A stretch of 32,000 nucleotides of DNA, taken from positions 210,001 to 242,000 of the forward strand of contig NZ_BCZP01000009.1 in the NCBI RefSeq assembly GCF_001598795.1. Reading direction: 5' to 3'. Each line of letters opens with the position of its first letter. Positions within the stretch are counted from its first letter, which is position 1. The position numbers were made by a program, and so were the translations under genes. Below, piece after piece: positions 1 to 11,600 of this stretch. The notes below the pieces were generated by a model. It was given only the letters and a program-made list of their open reading frames with translations, ran no database searches and had not been told where the DNA came from. The stretch is from Delftia acidovorans NBRC 14950 (lineage in GTDB: Bacteria; Pseudomonadota; Gammaproteobacteria; Burkholderiales; Burkholderiaceae_C).

Positions 1-488
1 AAACCGTTGGTTTTCCTCAATCAGCCTATTGTCTGAAGCCAGGGGCCAAAGACGAGCGTCATGGATTCGTCATGAATACAAGATCGTATTTCAATCGGAC
101 TCCGAATGCGGCGTGAGTGTAGCTTGAGTTCCGCAAAAAGCCATGACACGAATCGAATGGATATGAGGTGGATACATTTTTTTTCAGATGTATCCGCCGT
201 AACAATTCAGTCTGCTCAATTGTTTGTATTTTGCCGGCCTTATCCACTATCATCGCGGCTCCAACAAAGGAGGGCGGTTCACGACAGTGAGGATTGCAGG
301 CGATTGTCAATACATTCCTTGACCATCCAGGGTATGCGCCGCACTGATCTGAATCACGTGTTAAGTGAATCGGTTTCGTGCGCTCTACCCGAGAGTGGTT
401 TCCCCTTTGTTCGCGTGTGAACTATCCGATGCAATCAGGCTATTGGGTTGCATGCGAACGTTTAATCCATTAGTTCGAGAGGTGTGCA

Positions 489-971
489 ATGTCCGTTGAT
501 ATGTTCATGAAGGTCGAGGGCGCCAGTGGCGAGTCCCAGGATTCCAACCACAAGGGCTGGACCGACATCGACTCCTTCACCTGGGGTGCTACCCAGCCCA
601 ACACCATGTCCAGCGGCGGTGGTGCCGGTGCCGGCAAGGTGAGCTTCCATGACCTGAACGTCATCGCCAAGGTGGACAAGTGCTACCCCGCCGTGCTCAA
701 GCACTGCGCCACGGGCAAGCACCTGGGCCAGGTCGACATCTCGCTGTGCAAGGCCGGCGGCTCGCAGATCGAGTTCACCAAGATCACCCTGACCGACGTC
801 ATGGTGACGAACGTGACCGTCAGCGGCGCCAACTCCTCTGACACCGTGACCGTGAACTACTCGTTCCAGGCTGCCAAGGTCAAGACCCAGTACTGGGAAC
901 AGACCAACCAGGGCGGCAAGGGCGCCGAGAGCCAGATGGGCTTCAACATCAAGGAAAACCGCGAAGCCTGA
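489..971 (+). CDS. hcp: Type VI secretion tube protein Hcp (Hcp1 family), orphan copy
   Basis: 160-aa ORF. MSVDMFMKVEGASGESQDSNHKGWTDIDSFTWG and the GGGAGAGKVSFHDL loop run parallel to Hcp1-type proteins as I remember them (MAVDMFIKIGDVKGESKD...GGGGGAGKV...). The C-terminal GFNIKENREA resembles Hcp1 WNIRQNVQA. SD-like GAGAGG (477-482) lies 6 nt before the ATG, and a hairpin plus T-run follows the gene. Confidence 0.93.
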   Translation: MSVDMFMKVEGASGESQDSNHKGWTDIDSFTWGATQPNTMSSGGGAGAGKVSFHDLNVIAKVDKCYPAVLKHCATGKHLGQVDISLCKAGGSQIEFTKITLTDVMVTNVTVSGANSSDTVTVNYSFQAAKVKTQYWEQTNQGGKGAESQMGFNIKENREA

Positions 972-1054
972 GCTTCCTCCCGCAGCTGTGCTGCTGCGGC
1001 AACCCGCGTCGGACTCGTCTGGCGCGGGTGTTGCCGTGGACAGGCGGGAATATG

Positions 1055-1080
1055 GCCTCCATCTATCGATGGAGGCTTTT
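1055..1080 (+). terminator. Rho-independent terminator after hcp
   Basis: 9-bp stem GCCTCCATC (1055-1063) / GATGGAGGC (1068-1076), 4-nt loop TATC, then TTTT (1077-1080). Confidence 0.7.
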
Positions 1081-1232
1081 CAGTATGGAAAGTCGAAATT
1101 GGGCTGTTGAAGGAATATCGGAGAGACGTGCCTTGAGGCCGCGTGGGTAACCGCGTGCCTGGCTGGTTTTTGTGTCATTTTTTTGACGTGGGCCAGCTTT
1201 CCATTCCTGTCAAAAGCTGAATGTCGTTAGGC

Positions 1233-1249
1233 TTGTCAATCTTTGACAA
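1233..1249. promoter_or_regulatory. Perfect palindrome TTGTCAA-N3-TTGACAA (candidate operator)
   Basis: Read directly: ttgtcaa tct ttgacaa in the AT-rich spacer between hcp and the GntR gene. The GT...AC core fits the generic GntR-family operator idea, but no binding protein can be assigned from sequence. Confidence 0.25.
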
Positions 1250-1785
1250 ACACAAAAACCCATGGCCGCGGGCATGGGGAATCGACTTGCTCGCTGCACT
1301 ATCAATGTGCAGAAAATTTCTGATAAAAATGGATTGCCGTGGATATGCGCAGGATTACCGCGCGTGGGTTCCTGTGTCTATTGATCAGGCACATTGAATG
1401 CCTGGTGCCGGGGCCTGCGAACCGTTGTGGTGCGTTTGGCCCGTACTGCGGCGAGTGGCGGAGCATACACGAACATCGGACGTTGTCGAGAATATTTTTG
1501 CCGGTCCAATTATTAAAACGCAATTCGTTTCTTTAATAAATTCCACTGCCAACTTGTGTACAAGAAAGAGTACTAAATGCGTGAATGGACCATTGCCCAT
1601 TGCCGGCGTGCAAACCAGTCAGAGAGATTGCAGCAGCAATCGGCGTATACCCTGTCACCGCCCGCAAATCTGCCCGGTGCCGCAGGCATGGCTTCGCTCT
1701 TTTCCACCGCCTTGAGCCGGGTCTTGGCTGGCCTTGGCTGTCGCCAACGGCAGGGGCGGTGTTCTCCAACCGGCATGGCAGTCGC

Positions 1786-2523
1786 ATGAGCATCGCGGTT
1801 GCCTCCCCGCCCGTGTGCGAGACGCGCCAGGGGCCTGCAAGCAGCGCGCACTCGCTGGCCGCGCAGATCTACGCTTGCCTGAAGAACGACATCTTCGACT
1901 TCCGCCTGCTGCCCGGCGACCGCTTCAGCGAGGGCGAAATCGCCACGCGCATGCAGGTCAGCCGCACGCCTGTGCGCCAGGCGCTGTTCTGGTTGCAGCG
2001 CGATGGCTATGTCGATGTGCATTTCAAGAGCGGGTGGCAGATCAAGGCCTTCGACTTCAAGTACTTCGAGGATCTCTATGAGGTGCGAACCCTGATGGAG
2101 ACCAGCGCCGTGGCCAGCCTGGTGGGCGAATCGCTGAAGTCATTGCAGCCGTTGCGCGAGGTCTGGTGCGTGCCCGAGGAGCAGCGCGAGACCGACCCCG
2201 CCGTGGTGGCCTCGCTGGACGAGGCCTTCCATACCGGCCTGGTGGCTGCAACCGGCAACCAGGAGATGGCGCGCATCCACCTGGACATCACCGAGCGCAT
2301 CCGCATCATCCGGCGCCTGGATGTCATCAAGCTGCCGCGCGTCTCGGCAACCTATGACGACCATGCCGCCATCCTCGCGGCCATCGAGGCTGGCGATGCG
2401 GCGCGGGCCCAGTCCTGCCTGAGGGAGCACATCGCCGACAGCCGGGCTGAGGTCAAGCGCATCACGTTCTACATGCTGCAAACGGCGCGCGAGCGCTATG
2501 GCGCCCTGACGCAGATGGCCTGA
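1786..2523 (+). CDS. GntR-family transcriptional regulator with FCD-type C-terminal domain
   Basis: Track ORF is 1585..2523. The conserved part begins near the Met at 1786 (MSIAVASPP...). Winged-helix signature: RLLPGDRFSEGEIATRMQVSRTPVRQALFWLQRDGYV. It is followed by a helical effector domain (EDLYEVRTLME..., ITERIRIIRRL, DHAAILAAIEAGDAARA). The start codon is uncertain. Confidence 0.85.
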   Translation: MSIAVASPPVCETRQGPASSAHSLAAQIYACLKNDIFDFRLLPGDRFSEGEIATRMQVSRTPVRQALFWLQRDGYVDVHFKSGWQIKAFDFKYFEDLYEVRTLMETSAVASLVGESLKSLQPLREVWCVPEEQRETDPAVVASLDEAFHTGLVAATGNQEMARIHLDITERIRIIRRLDVIKLPRVSATYDDHAAILAAIEAGDAARAQSCLREHIADSRAEVKRITFYMLQTARERYGALTQMA

Positions 2524-2544
2524 GGGCCGCAATGTGTTGGTGGA

Positions 2545-2567
2545 GGGCCTCTTCGGAGGCCCTTTTT
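2545..2567 (+). terminator. Rho-independent terminator after the GntR gene
   Basis: 7-bp GC-rich stem GGGCCTC (2545-2551) / GAGGCCC (2556-2562) with a TTCG tetraloop, followed by TTTTT (2563-2567). Confidence 0.8.
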
Positions 2568-2746
2568 CATGGCCGGGGCGCTGCGGGAAGGCGGCGGACA
2601 TTCGTTCCAGCGCAGCAAAGCCTGCAAGTCGTGGGCAAGGGGCCTGCTTTTCCCCGCATCGCTGCGGCGGCGTCCCGGTAGTCTTCCTGCCAAACCGTGG
2701 ACGGGCCTCGCGCCCGCGCCATCTGCCAACTCACAGGGAAGAGAAC

Positions 2747-3583
2747 ATGAGCATCAGAACCGACAACCTGAACGTGCAAAGCCTGCTGGCCCGCGCCCAA
2801 TCCAAGCTCAACAGCAGCACGACGCAGGCGGCTTCGGATTCGGCCGGCAAGAAGAGCGCTGCGGAGACCAGCGCCACCAAGACGGACAGCAACAGCACCA
2901 AGACCGAGACCACTGAAGCGGAAAAGGTGCGCAAGCTGGCGCCGTCGCTGACCAAGGCGCACGAGCGCATCGTGGCCCAGGCCCAGGCGGGATCGACTTC
3001 GCTGTCGGCGTTGGGGCAGTTCAAGTCATCCCTGGTGGACCTGGCCTCGGCGGGCAAGGATGTGGCCGCGCTCTCGGCCACCAGCACCACCCAGTCGGTG
3101 CAAGGCGCGCTGGAAAAGCTGGTGGCGCGCTATAACTCCAGCGTTGCCAAGGGCAGCGTGAGCGCGGCGGCCGGTTCTTCCACCGATGTGGGTGCCACCC
3201 GCGCCCTGCGCGAGTTGCGCTCGGCCATCATGAGTGTCACGGGCAGCGCGACCGCGCCCAGCCTGGGCAAGCTCGGCATCGTCCAGCGCCAGGACGGCAC
3301 GCTGGCGGTGGATGCCAAGGCCCTGGAAAAGTCCATGGCCGCCGATGCCGCCGGCGTGACCTCGGCCCTGGCCGGCATTGGCAAGGCGGTGGAGAGCAGC
3401 GCCAACTCTGCGCTGTCCACGGGCAGCCGCCTCAGCTCGTCCATGGCCAGTCTGGGTGACCGGGTCAAGACGCTGCAGCAGCAGCAAAGTGCGGTGGTTG
3501 CCACGGCCGAGAAGCTGGGCGACTCCCTGGTCGGTTCGGCCAACTGGAACCGCATGGTGCTGGACGCCTACCTCAAGAACTGA
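2747..3583 (+). CDS. Short FliD-like (flagellar filament cap-like) protein, 278 aa
   Basis: ATG at 2747 is preceded by AGGGAAGAG. SLSALGQFKSSLVDLASAGKDV resembles the FliD N-terminal helix (LSAYGTLKSAL...). LRELRSAIMSV...LGKLGIVQRQDGTLAVDAKALEKSMAADAAGVTSAL resembles the FliD C-terminal motif (LAQIGITT..DGKLELDADKLTAALKKD..GV.AL). The central head domains appear to be missing. The assignment is by eye only. Confidence 0.6.
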   Translation: MSIRTDNLNVQSLLARAQSKLNSSTTQAASDSAGKKSAAETSATKTDSNSTKTETTEAEKVRKLAPSLTKAHERIVAQAQAGSTSLSALGQFKSSLVDLASAGKDVAALSATSTTQSVQGALEKLVARYNSSVAKGSVSAAAGSSTDVGATRALRELRSAIMSVTGSATAPSLGKLGIVQRQDGTLAVDAKALEKSMAADAAGVTSALAGIGKAVESSANSALSTGSRLSSSMASLGDRVKTLQQQQSAVVATAEKLGDSLVGSANWNRMVLDAYLKN

Positions 3584-3624
3584 TTTCAGCACCATCCCCG
3601 CCCTGCATCCTGCTCCCGGAAAAC

Positions 3625-5430
3625 ATGAAAAACCTGCGCATCGGCCTCCGTCTCGGAGGCGGCTTCACCATTCTTTTGCTGATCATGCTGTTGATCAGTG
3701 TCACCAGCATCGTCAGCATGGGGCACATGGCCCGCTCGACCACGGAAATCACCGAGGTGGCCCTGGCCAAGGAGCGGATGATCAGCGACTGGTTCCGCAA
3801 CATCCACTCGGGCTCGCGCCGGACCACGGCCATTGCCAAGAGCAGCGATCCTTCGCTGGCCACTTTCTTTGCCGAAGACGCGGCCGAGTCCTCGCGCCAG
3901 TCGAGCAAGCTGCAGGACCGCATCGAACCGCTGCTGCAGACGCAGGAAGAAAAGGACATCTGGGTCGAGATCAAGAAGGCGCGCGCCGGCTACCTGGCGG
4001 GCCGCGACGTGGTGACCAAGGCCAAGGCCGAAGGCCGTGCAGAAGATGCCGAGCGCCTGTTCACCCAGGAGTACCAGCCCGCCACGCAGCGTTATATAGA
4101 GATCGTGCAGCGCCTGCTGGACATGCAGCGCGCCGCCATAGACAGCTCCGCCGCGGAAGTGCAGGTGCGTTTTTCTGCCAGCCGCGCCACCATCATCGCC
4201 GTGGTGTCCCTGGCCGTGGTGCTGGGCGCGCTGGCCGCATGGTGGATCACGCGCGGCATCACCGTGCCGCTGGCCGAAGCCCTGCGCGTGGCGCGCACCG
4301 TGGCCAACAACGACCTGACCAGCCGCATCACCGTTGATTCGCGCGACGAAACCGGCCAGTTGCTGCAGGCGCTGCGCCAGATGAACGACAACCTGGCCCA
4401 GGTCGTGGGGCAGGTGCGCTCGGGTGCGGACAGCATCGCCACGGCTTCGGGCGAGATCGATGCGGGCAACCAGGACCTGTCCTCGCGCACCGAGCAGCAG
4501 GCCAGCTCGCTCGAGCAGACGGCTGCCGCCATGGAGGAGCTGACCAGCACGGTCAAGCAGAACGCCGAGAACGCACGCCAGGCCAATCAGCTGGCCGCTT
4601 CGGCATCGCAGACTGCGGTGCAGGGCGGCAAGGTAGTGGCGGGCGTGGTGGACACCATGGGCGGCATCAGCGAGTCCAGCCGCAAGATCGCCGACATCAT
4701 CGGCGTCATCGACTCCATTGCCTTCCAGACCAACATCCTGGCGCTGAACGCTGCCGTGGAAGCGGCACGTGCCGGTGAGCAGGGCCGCGGCTTTGCCGTG
4801 GTGGCGGGCGAGGTGCGTGCGCTGGCCCAGCGCAGCGCCTCGGCAGCCAAGGACATCAAGGACCTGATTGCAGACTCCGTGTCCAAGGTGGACGCGGGCA
4901 CGCGCCAGGTGGCCGAGGCCGGCCGCACCATGGACGGCATCGTGCAAAGCGTGCAGCAGGTCAGCGACCTGGTGGCCGAGATCACGGCCGCCAGCCAGGA
5001 GCAAAGCAGCGGCATCAACCAGGTGCACCAGGCGATTTCGCAGATGGACACGGTGACGCAGCAGAATGCCGCGCTGGTCGAGGAAGCAGCAGCTGCGACC
5101 GGCTCGCTCAAATCCCAGGTGAATCAGCTGGCGGCCGCCGTGAGTGTGTTCCGCATCGACGGCTTGGCGCCGGCCCGTGCAGGGACGGGAGCAGCTTCGT
5201 CTTCAGTACCTGCCGCGCGCGCGCCTTCTGCGGCAGCGCCCATGCGCCCTGCGGCCAGACCGCTGGCCGCGTCCGCCCCTGCTGCTGGCACTGCCCCTGC
5301 TGCTGGCACTGCACCTGCTGCTGCCGCACGCAGCGCCTCTGCCGCCCCAGCGCCCGCCGCAAAGCTGCCTGCCGCCCGGCAGACCGTGGCGGCCAAGGGC
5401 AATGACGACGGGGACTGGACTTCGTTCTGA
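3625..5430 (+). CDS. Methyl-accepting chemotaxis protein (4HB-type sensor, HAMP, MA domain, C-terminal xWxxF pentapeptide)
   Basis: N-terminal TM (FTILLLIMLLISVTSIV), periplasmic helical region, second TM (IIAVVSLAVVLGALAAWWI), and HAMP. The canonical hairpin tip is IADIIGVIDSIAFQTNILALNAAVEAARAGEQGRGFAVVAGEVRALAQRSA, and there is a methylation-site-like QQNAALVEEAAAAT. The protein ends in DWTSF. Confidence 0.95.
   Translation: MKNLRIGLRLGGGFTILLLIMLLISVTSIVSMGHMARSTTEITEVALAKERMISDWFRNIHSGSRRTTAIAKSSDPSLATFFAEDAAESSRQSSKLQDRIEPLLQTQEEKDIWVEIKKARAGYLAGRDVVTKAKAEGRAEDAERLFTQEYQPATQRYIEIVQRLLDMQRAAIDSSAAEVQVRFSASRATIIAVVSLAVVLGALAAWWITRGITVPLAEALRVARTVANNDLTSRITVDSRDETGQLLQALRQMNDNLAQVVGQVRSGADSIATASGEIDAGNQDLSSRTEQQASSLEQTAAAMEELTSTVKQNAENARQANQLAASASQTAVQGGKVVAGVVDTMGGISESSRKIADIIGVIDSIAFQTNILALNAAVEAARAGEQGRGFAVVAGEVRALAQRSASAAKDIKDLIADSVSKVDAGTRQVAEAGRTMDGIVQSVQQVSDLVAEITAASQEQSSGINQVHQAISQMDTVTQQNAALVEEAAAATGSLKSQVNQLAAAVSVFRIDGLAPARAGTGAASSSVPAARAPSAAAPMRPAARPLAASAPAAGTAPAAGTAPAAAARSASAAPAPAAKLPAARQTVAAKGNDDGDWTSF
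5276..5329 (+). repeat. 18-bp in-frame tandem repeat (2 exact copies plus 1 degenerate) in the MCP linker
   Basis: CCCCTGCTGCTGGCACTG occurs at 5276-5293 and 5294-5311, followed by the degenerate CACCTGCTGCTGCCGCAC. It encodes APAAGT-APAAGT-APAAAA. Confidence 0.85.
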
Positions 5431-5476
5431 GTCCGCCCGGCTACGGTTGAGTTCTGCCGGGTTTGGCCGAGTTCAG

Positions 5477-5884
5477 CTACTTGGGGGCGCCCAGTTGGTA
5501 CTTGGAGCCCTCGCCCTGGCCATCGGTGATGGCGGCGGCCTGGCCGGCGGCCGGGTTCACGCCGCCGGCATCTTCCTTGTTCGTGGCTCCTGCGCCGCTT
5601 GCGGGCTCCGATGCCTTGGCGGGCAGGGGCGCGGCTGGCGGCAGGGGCTCGTGCGGATCCCCCTTGGCATGGGGCATGACCTGCTCGGCCATGATCACGG
5701 GCTGGCCCAGCAGGGGCTTGTCCGGCGGGGGCTGGTTGAAGCGCGGCACTTCTGCCATGGGAAATCCCGCGCGCGTTGACGAGGTCTCGCCCGAGCAGGC
5801 GGCCAGCGTCAGCAACGAGGTTGCGGCGACGCCCAGGGCCAGCCGTCTGGCGAGTGTCGTGGCCTGCACAAATTCATGGGGCAT
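5477..5884 (-). CDS. Putative lipoprotein, Pro/Ala/Gly-rich (135 aa)
   Basis: Internal Met of track ORF 5477..6025. MPHEFVQATTLARRLALGVAATSLLTLAAC|SGE gives a signal peptide with lipobox L-A-A-C. GGAGA SD lies upstream on the minus strand. The mature part is low-complexity and no family is recognised. Confidence 0.7.
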   Translation of the reverse strand: MPHEFVQATTLARRLALGVAATSLLTLAACSGETSSTRAGFPMAEVPRFNQPPPDKPLLGQPVIMAEQVMPHAKGDPHEPLPPAAPLPAKASEPASGAGATNKEDAGGVNPAAGQAAAITDGQGEGSKYQLGAPK

Positions 5885-5990
5885 GGTTGTTCTCCGATGT
5901 CGATCTTCCGGCCGACATGCTCCCATGTGTCCAGGACTGGTGGCGTAGGTCCATGCCGGATTCCCGGTGACAGGCCACCGCAATCCTTGC

Positions 5991-6380
5991 TCAGGGCTGG
6001 CTGCCGCTGGCCTTCCACGATCCATCGGACTGCTTGCAGAACCAGAAGCGCCAGTTTTCCGAGGTCTTTTTCAGGCGCACGTCGGCCGACAGCAGGCGGC
6101 AGCTTCCGGCCGAGCCGGTCTGCACGGTCTGCTGCGGCTGCAAGGCCATCGTCACGCGCTGGTTGGTACGGTTCGGGCGGCTGGTCCATTCGGTCACGGA
6201 GCCGTCGGCGGCCTCGTTGAGCACCTTGGCCACGGTGGCCTTTGCGTCGGGCAGGTCCCTGGCGGGAATGCGTGCGGCGATGGTGTCGTTGAGGAAGATC
6301 AACGCTGCGGCATTGGCGCTGGTGGACACCAGCGAGGCGGCGGCGGCCAGCGATGCGACGGTGAGGGCAAAGGTTTTCAT
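5991..6380 (-). CDS. Small secreted protein of unknown function (129 aa)
   Basis: Sec signal MKTFALTVASLAAAASLVSTSANA|AA. The mature domain has two Cys (SCRLL...WFCKQSDGSW). AGGAA SD-like lies upstream. No family is confidently recognised. Confidence 0.7.
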   Translation of the reverse strand: MKTFALTVASLAAAASLVSTSANAAALIFLNDTIAARIPARDLPDAKATVAKVLNEAADGSVTEWTSRPNRTNQRVTMALQPQQTVQTGSAGSCRLLSADVRLKKTSENWRFWFCKQSDGSWKASGSQP

Positions 6381-6587
6381 GCAATGGTTCCTGGAGTGTG
6401 GGCCGACGACCGCAGCGGGATGTCGGAAGGAAGGTATCGGGCCATGTTAACGGCTGCCGTGGTGGCGCCGTGCGTCGCGCACCGCTGAAACCAGCGCGGA
6501 CTGCGGCCGAGTGCTGCCGAGGGCCGCGCAAAACCGTTACAGTCCCTGGCGGATTCCTTCGTCCATTTCCGCCAGAAATTCCACTGC

Positions 6588-10133
<3,546 letters not shown>

Positions 10134-10146
10134 CAAGGAGGACGCG

Positions 10147-10986
10147 ATGCCTCAGCTGAAAAAAGCCCGCACCGCCGACATCGAGCAGCGCCTGCTGATC
10201 GATGCCATCTACCACCGCTACCACTACGACTTCCGGGGCTACGCCCAGGCCTCGCTCAAGCGGCGCCTGCAGTCGGCCCTGGTGCAGTTCGACTGCAAGA
10301 CGCTGTCGCAGCTGCAGGACCGTGTGCTGCACGATACAAGCGTGTTCCCGGCCCTGCTCGAGTACCTCACGGTCCAGGTCAGCGACATGTTCCGCGACCC
10401 GACCTACTTCCGCTCGCTGCGCACCGAGGTCGTGCCGCTGCTGCGCACCTATCCCTCGCTCAAGGTCTGGGTGGCCGGCTGCAGCGCGGGCGAAGAGGTG
10501 TATTCGCTGGCCATCCTGCTGCATGAAGAGGGCCTGCTGGACCGCACCCTGATCTACGCCACCGACATCAATCCCCATGCGCTGAAGGCGGCAGAGCAGG
10601 GCGTGTTCGACATGGCGCGCGTGGCGGCATTCACCGACAATCATGCGCGCTCGGGCGGGCACAGCTCGCTGTCGCACTACTACACGGCGCGCTATGGCCG
10701 TGTGGTCTTCGACAAGGGGCTGCGCGAGCACATGGTGTTCTCCGACCACAGCCTGGCCACCGACAGCGTGTTCGCCGAGATGCACCTGGTGTCCTGCCGC
10801 AACGTGCTCATCTATTTCGAGCGCGAGCTGCAGGACCGGGCGCTGGGCCTGTTCCGCGATGCGCTGTGCCATCGCGGGTTCCTGGGCCTGGGCTCCAAGG
10901 AGTCGCTGCGGTTTTCAGGGCATTCGGAGGCCTTCGAGGACTTCGTGCTCGAAGACCGCATCTACCGCAAGAGGGCCGGGCTGTGA
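10147..10986 (+). CDS. cheR: CheR-type protein-glutamate O-methyltransferase
   Basis: AAGGAGGA SD precedes ATG 10147. MPQLKKARTADIEQRLLIDAIYHRYHYDFRGY is a typical CheR N-domain. The SAM-binding core is LKVWVAGCSAGEEVYSLAILL...IYATDIN...CRNVLIYF. Its stop overlaps the next start (TGATG at 10984-10988). Confidence 0.93.
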   Translation: MPQLKKARTADIEQRLLIDAIYHRYHYDFRGYAQASLKRRLQSALVQFDCKTLSQLQDRVLHDTSVFPALLEYLTVQVSDMFRDPTYFRSLRTEVVPLLRTYPSLKVWVAGCSAGEEVYSLAILLHEEGLLDRTLIYATDINPHALKAAEQGVFDMARVAAFTDNHARSGGHSSLSHYYTARYGRVVFDKGLREHMVFSDHSLATDSVFAEMHLVSCRNVLIYFERELQDRALGLFRDALCHRGFLGLGSKESLRFSGHSEAFEDFVLEDRIYRKRAGL

Positions 10987-11600
10987 TGCCCGCGACCACG
11001 AACACACCCGCCTCGGACGCCGCCACAGCCTACGAGGCCATCGTGATCGGCGGCTCGGCAGGCGCGCTTGATGCGCTGTCCGTGGTGCTGCCCACGCTGC
11101 CCGCCAGCCTGCGCGCTTCGGTGCTGGTGGTACTGCACCTGCCGCGCGACCGGCGCAGCCTGCTGGGCCAGCTTTTCGGGCCGCGCTGCGCCCTGCCGGT
11201 GCGCGAGGTGCAGGACCAGCAATGGCTGGAGCCGGGCTGCCTGTACTTTGCGCCGGCCGACTACCACCTGCTGGTGGACAGCGGGCCCAGGCTGGCGCTG
11301 TCGCTGGATGCGCCCTGGCATTTTTCGCGGCCCTCGATCGATGTGCTGTTCGAGTCGGCTGCCGACTGCTATGGCGAGCGCCTGCTGGCCGTGCTGCTGT
11401 CCGGCGCCAACGAGGATGGCGCCCAGGGCATGGCCAGCGTGCACGCGGCCGGCGGCCTGGCGGTGGTGCAGTCGCCAGACAGTGCCGCAATGCAGACCAT
11501 GCCGCGGGCGGCCCTGGCCCGCGTGCCACAGGCCCAGGTGCTGGCGCCGCAGGGCATTGCCGCGCTCATCGCATCGCTGCACGGCCAGGGGAGGCTTTGA
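10986..11600 (+). CDS. cheB: CheB-type protein-glutamate methylesterase, catalytic domain only (no receiver)
   Basis: 204 aa. Contains IVIGGSAGALDAL (active-site Ser context), VLHLPRD (His) and RPSIDVLFES (Asp). Translationally coupled to cheR upstream and abuts the next ATG (TGA ATG at 11598-11603). Confidence 0.9.
   Translation: MPATTNTPASDAATAYEAIVIGGSAGALDALSVVLPTLPASLRASVLVVLHLPRDRRSLLGQLFGPRCALPVREVQDQQWLEPGCLYFAPADYHLLVDSGPRLALSLDAPWHFSRPSIDVLFESAADCYGERLLAVLLSGANEDGAQGMASVHAAGGLAVVQSPDSAAMQTMPRAALARVPQAQVLAPQGIAALIASLHGQGRL

Noticed and set aside
59-420. 83-aa minus-strand and 104-aa plus-strand ORFs in the AT-rich region upstream of hcp
   Set aside because: They mutually overlap, have no SD and no recognisable family, and contain odd Cys/His/Arg-rich stretches. 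I treat the region as non-coding leader or spacer, although a small gene cannot be formally excluded.
1302-1793. Cluster of 61-105-aa ORFs between hcp and the GntR gene, plus the 1585-1785 N-terminal extension of the GntR ORF
   Set aside because: The ORFs overlap in several frames and have Cys/Arg/Pro-rich implausible sequences. Family-typical GntR proteins begin close to the winged-helix domain, which favours the start at 1786.
2534-2746. 71-codon N-terminal extension of the FliD-like ORF
   Set aside because: The extension overlaps the GntR-gene terminator hairpin and is Arg/Gly/Pro/Cys-rich. ATG 2747 has an AGGGAAGAG SD-like element.
3586-5028. 480-aa minus-strand ORF opposite the MCP gene
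   Set aside because: The MCP hairpin-tip sequence on the plus strand is unmistakable. The antisense ORF has no SD and no recognisable domain.
5436-5461. Hairpin CCCGGC-N14-GCCGGG between the convergent MCP and lipoprotein genes as a bidirectional terminator
   Set aside because: It has only a 6-bp stem, a 14-nt loop and a poor T-run (TTTGG), which is too weak to call.
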